From a virus, in the IMG/VR virus record IMGVR_UViG_3300005298_000040, positions 1 to 47,159 of that record: a stretch of DNA of 47,159 nucleotides. One strand, 5' to 3'. The translations under genes were made by a program, and so were the position numbers. Shown piece by piece: positions 46,008-47,159 of this stretch (positions within the stretch are counted from its first letter, which is position 1; every line of letters starts with the position of its first letter). The notes below the pieces were generated by a model. It made no database searches and was not told where the DNA came from. It saw only the letters and a program-made list of their open reading frames with translations.

Positions 46008-46349
46008 TTACATCACCTCCCCCACAACCGGCTCCACAACTAAGAATCTGTATTTCACTTGCCTTAGCTCTTCCTCACTCAATACTTTGCCCTCTGGGAG
46101 TCGCTGTAATAACTGGAATACTACCAACTTATCACCGTACTCTATCTTCACCTCAATCCTGTTCACTGGAACCTCAATTCCAAGTATCTGGCTTATTATT
46201 TTCGCTGTTGATTCGTGCCCAATAGCACTCACAAACCCTTTGCTCAGCAACTTCTTTATCCACTTAATGTCTTCTGGATATATTAAAATCAATTCTCTCT
46301 CATGCCTCAGCATATTCAAACTGAATGCGTTAGAAATGTACACTGTCAT
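46008..46349 (-). CDS. acrIII-1: DUF1874/YddF-family viral ring nuclease (anti-type III CRISPR)
   Basis: VYISNAFSLNML, SAIGHESTA (catalytic GH), NRIEVK, QRLPEGKVLS align along the full length with SIRV1 gp29-type AcrIII-1. Confidence 0.92.
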   Translation of the reverse strand: MTVYISNAFSLNMLRHERELILIYPEDIKWIKKLLSKGFVSAIGHESTAKIISQILGIEVPVNRIEVKIEYGDKLVVFQLLQRLPEGKVLSEEELRQVKYRFLVVEPVVGEVM

Positions 46350-46795
46350 TCTTCCTCACCCCCTAAAAAAGTTATCCACAGAGTTTTAGTAAACTCAAAC
46401 TCGTTGTCAAAGTTGTTTATGTCCACTTTAATTATCACGCTGTCGCCACTTACTCTGTATTCAAATATTGCACTGTAGTCATCGTCCTCATTGAATCTTA
46501 CGCCCTCGATTATTTTTCTTGTCTCAATCTCGTTTGATATTACGTACGCATACTCAATTTTTCTGAACCTTGAAAGCCATGAACTTCTGTAATACTGAGT
46601 CTCAATTTCATTGCCCACTTTTTCGTTATAATTGAAAACTATCGTGTCTGCAGACTCAAATTCACTCAATAGTTCGTCCAAAACTTCCTCGTCCAGCTCC
46701 TTTACCTCTCCTCCAATCGCAACCCATCTATAATTCCTCAACTCATCAACCAACTCTTCCACACCACCCATATTCTTTTCCACCATCCTTCCCAT
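46346..46795 (-). CDS. Hypothetical acidic early protein
   Basis: First gene after promoter copy 4. Confidence 0.75.
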   Translation of the reverse strand: MGRMVEKNMGGVEELVDELRNYRWVAIGGEVKELDEEVLDELLSEFESADTIVFNYNEKVGNEIETQYYRSSWLSRFRKIEYAYVISNEIETRKIIEGVRFNEDDDYSAIFEYRVSGDSVIIKVDINNFDNEFEFTKTLWITFLGGEEE

Positions 46796-46800
46796 TTTAT

Positions 46801-46857
46801 CACCCCCTCCTTTTTGTTTTTTAGTTATTATGCAATAGGTGGTATATATAGTTTTCG
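46801..46857 (-). promoter_or_regulatory. Early-type promoter copy 4 (CGAAAACTATATATACC + TATTGCATA box)
   Basis: Same BRE-TATA and downstream box as copies 1 and 2. Confidence 0.82.
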
Positions 46858-46870
46858 TTTTTTGCCTGCT

Positions 46871-47053
46871 CTAAAAATTCCCGCTACTCAATGTCTCGTA
46901 TAGCTCATCGTATCCTTCTGCAAGCTCTTCTACTTGTTTTTTCAGTTCTTCAATTGTCTTTTCAAGCTCTTCAACTGTCCTTCTTAGTTTTTCATTCTCT
47001 TCCTTAAGTCTCTCATTCTCTTCCTTAAGTTTTGCTATATCATCCATTCCCAT
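46871..47053 (-). CDS. Short coiled-coil protein
   Basis: Heptads LKEENER/LKEENEK/LRRTVEE; GGGGGTGA RBS. Confidence 0.75.
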   Translation of the reverse strand: MGMDDIAKLKEENERLKEENEKLRRTVEELEKTIEELKKQVEELAEGYDELYETLSSGNF

Positions 47054-47074
47054 CGCACATCACCCCCACACAAT

Positions 47075-47159
47075 TCAAGAATGCAGAATATACTCAAGGT
47101 CTTCTCGTCTTTTTCGCAAAGCATCTAACTCTTGCCTTAACTGAATATACTCCTTTGCA
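47075..47159 (-). CDS. 3' end of a coiled-coil ORF truncated by the window (AKEYIQLRQELDALRKRREDLEYILHS*)
   Basis: Open frame from the window edge to TGA at 47075-47077. Confidence 0.6.
   Translation of the reverse strand, partial: AKEYIQLRQELDALRKRREDLEYILHS

Larger units (their letters stand above)
1..47159 (-). mobile_element. Archaeal tailed virus (Caudoviricetes, siphovirus-like) genome segment, truncated at both window edges
   Basis: TerL, portal, prohead protease, HK97-type MCP, tail tube and tape measure are present with an archaeal-type PolB, PCNA and primase. All genes are co-oriented with frequent ATGA/TGATG overlaps. No host housekeeping genes and no integrase are seen. Confidence 0.95.

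Noticed and set aside
1-47159. Integrase/att sites, tRNA or rRNA genes
   Set aside because: No recombinase motifs or tRNA-like cloverleaf recognised; intergenic gaps are mostly too short. A provirus state cannot be excluded from this window alone.

Overview
The window is a 47-kb segment of an archaeal head-tailed virus genome (Caudoviricetes, siphovirus-like), cut at both ends. Every credible gene lies on the minus strand; the + strand ORFs in the track are antisense shadows. BRE/TATA promoters, GGAGGTGA-type ribosome-binding sites and an archaeal-type replisome point to a euryarchaeal host, possibly thermophilic (inference). In transcription order (right to left) it carries: an early operon (DUF1874/AcrIII-1 ring nuclease, TRAM-like protein, MoxR AAA+ with VWA/peptidase partner, four paralogues, PCNA, DUF1599-like protein); class II ribonucleotide reductase; a tail module with a -1 frameshifted chaperone; a putative lysis region containing a large amidoligase-domain protein; a head module with an embedded ATP-grasp ligase; a replication operon (RecA-fold ATPase, fused PriS-PriL primase, PolB, RPA-like, Cas4-like, ERCC4); an amino-sugar cluster (epimerase, DegT aminotransferase, methyltransferase); terminase; a non-coding region with phased repeats; and small early genes. 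The last early gene, a cupin, is interrupted by an IS200/IS605 element (tnpA plus the start of tnpB). The best candidate for an undescribed system is the pair of unrelated carboxylate-amine ligases in the virion gene block together with an amino-sugar pathway and no glycosyltransferase in the window. All protein assignments come from motifs recognised by eye; no database searches were run.
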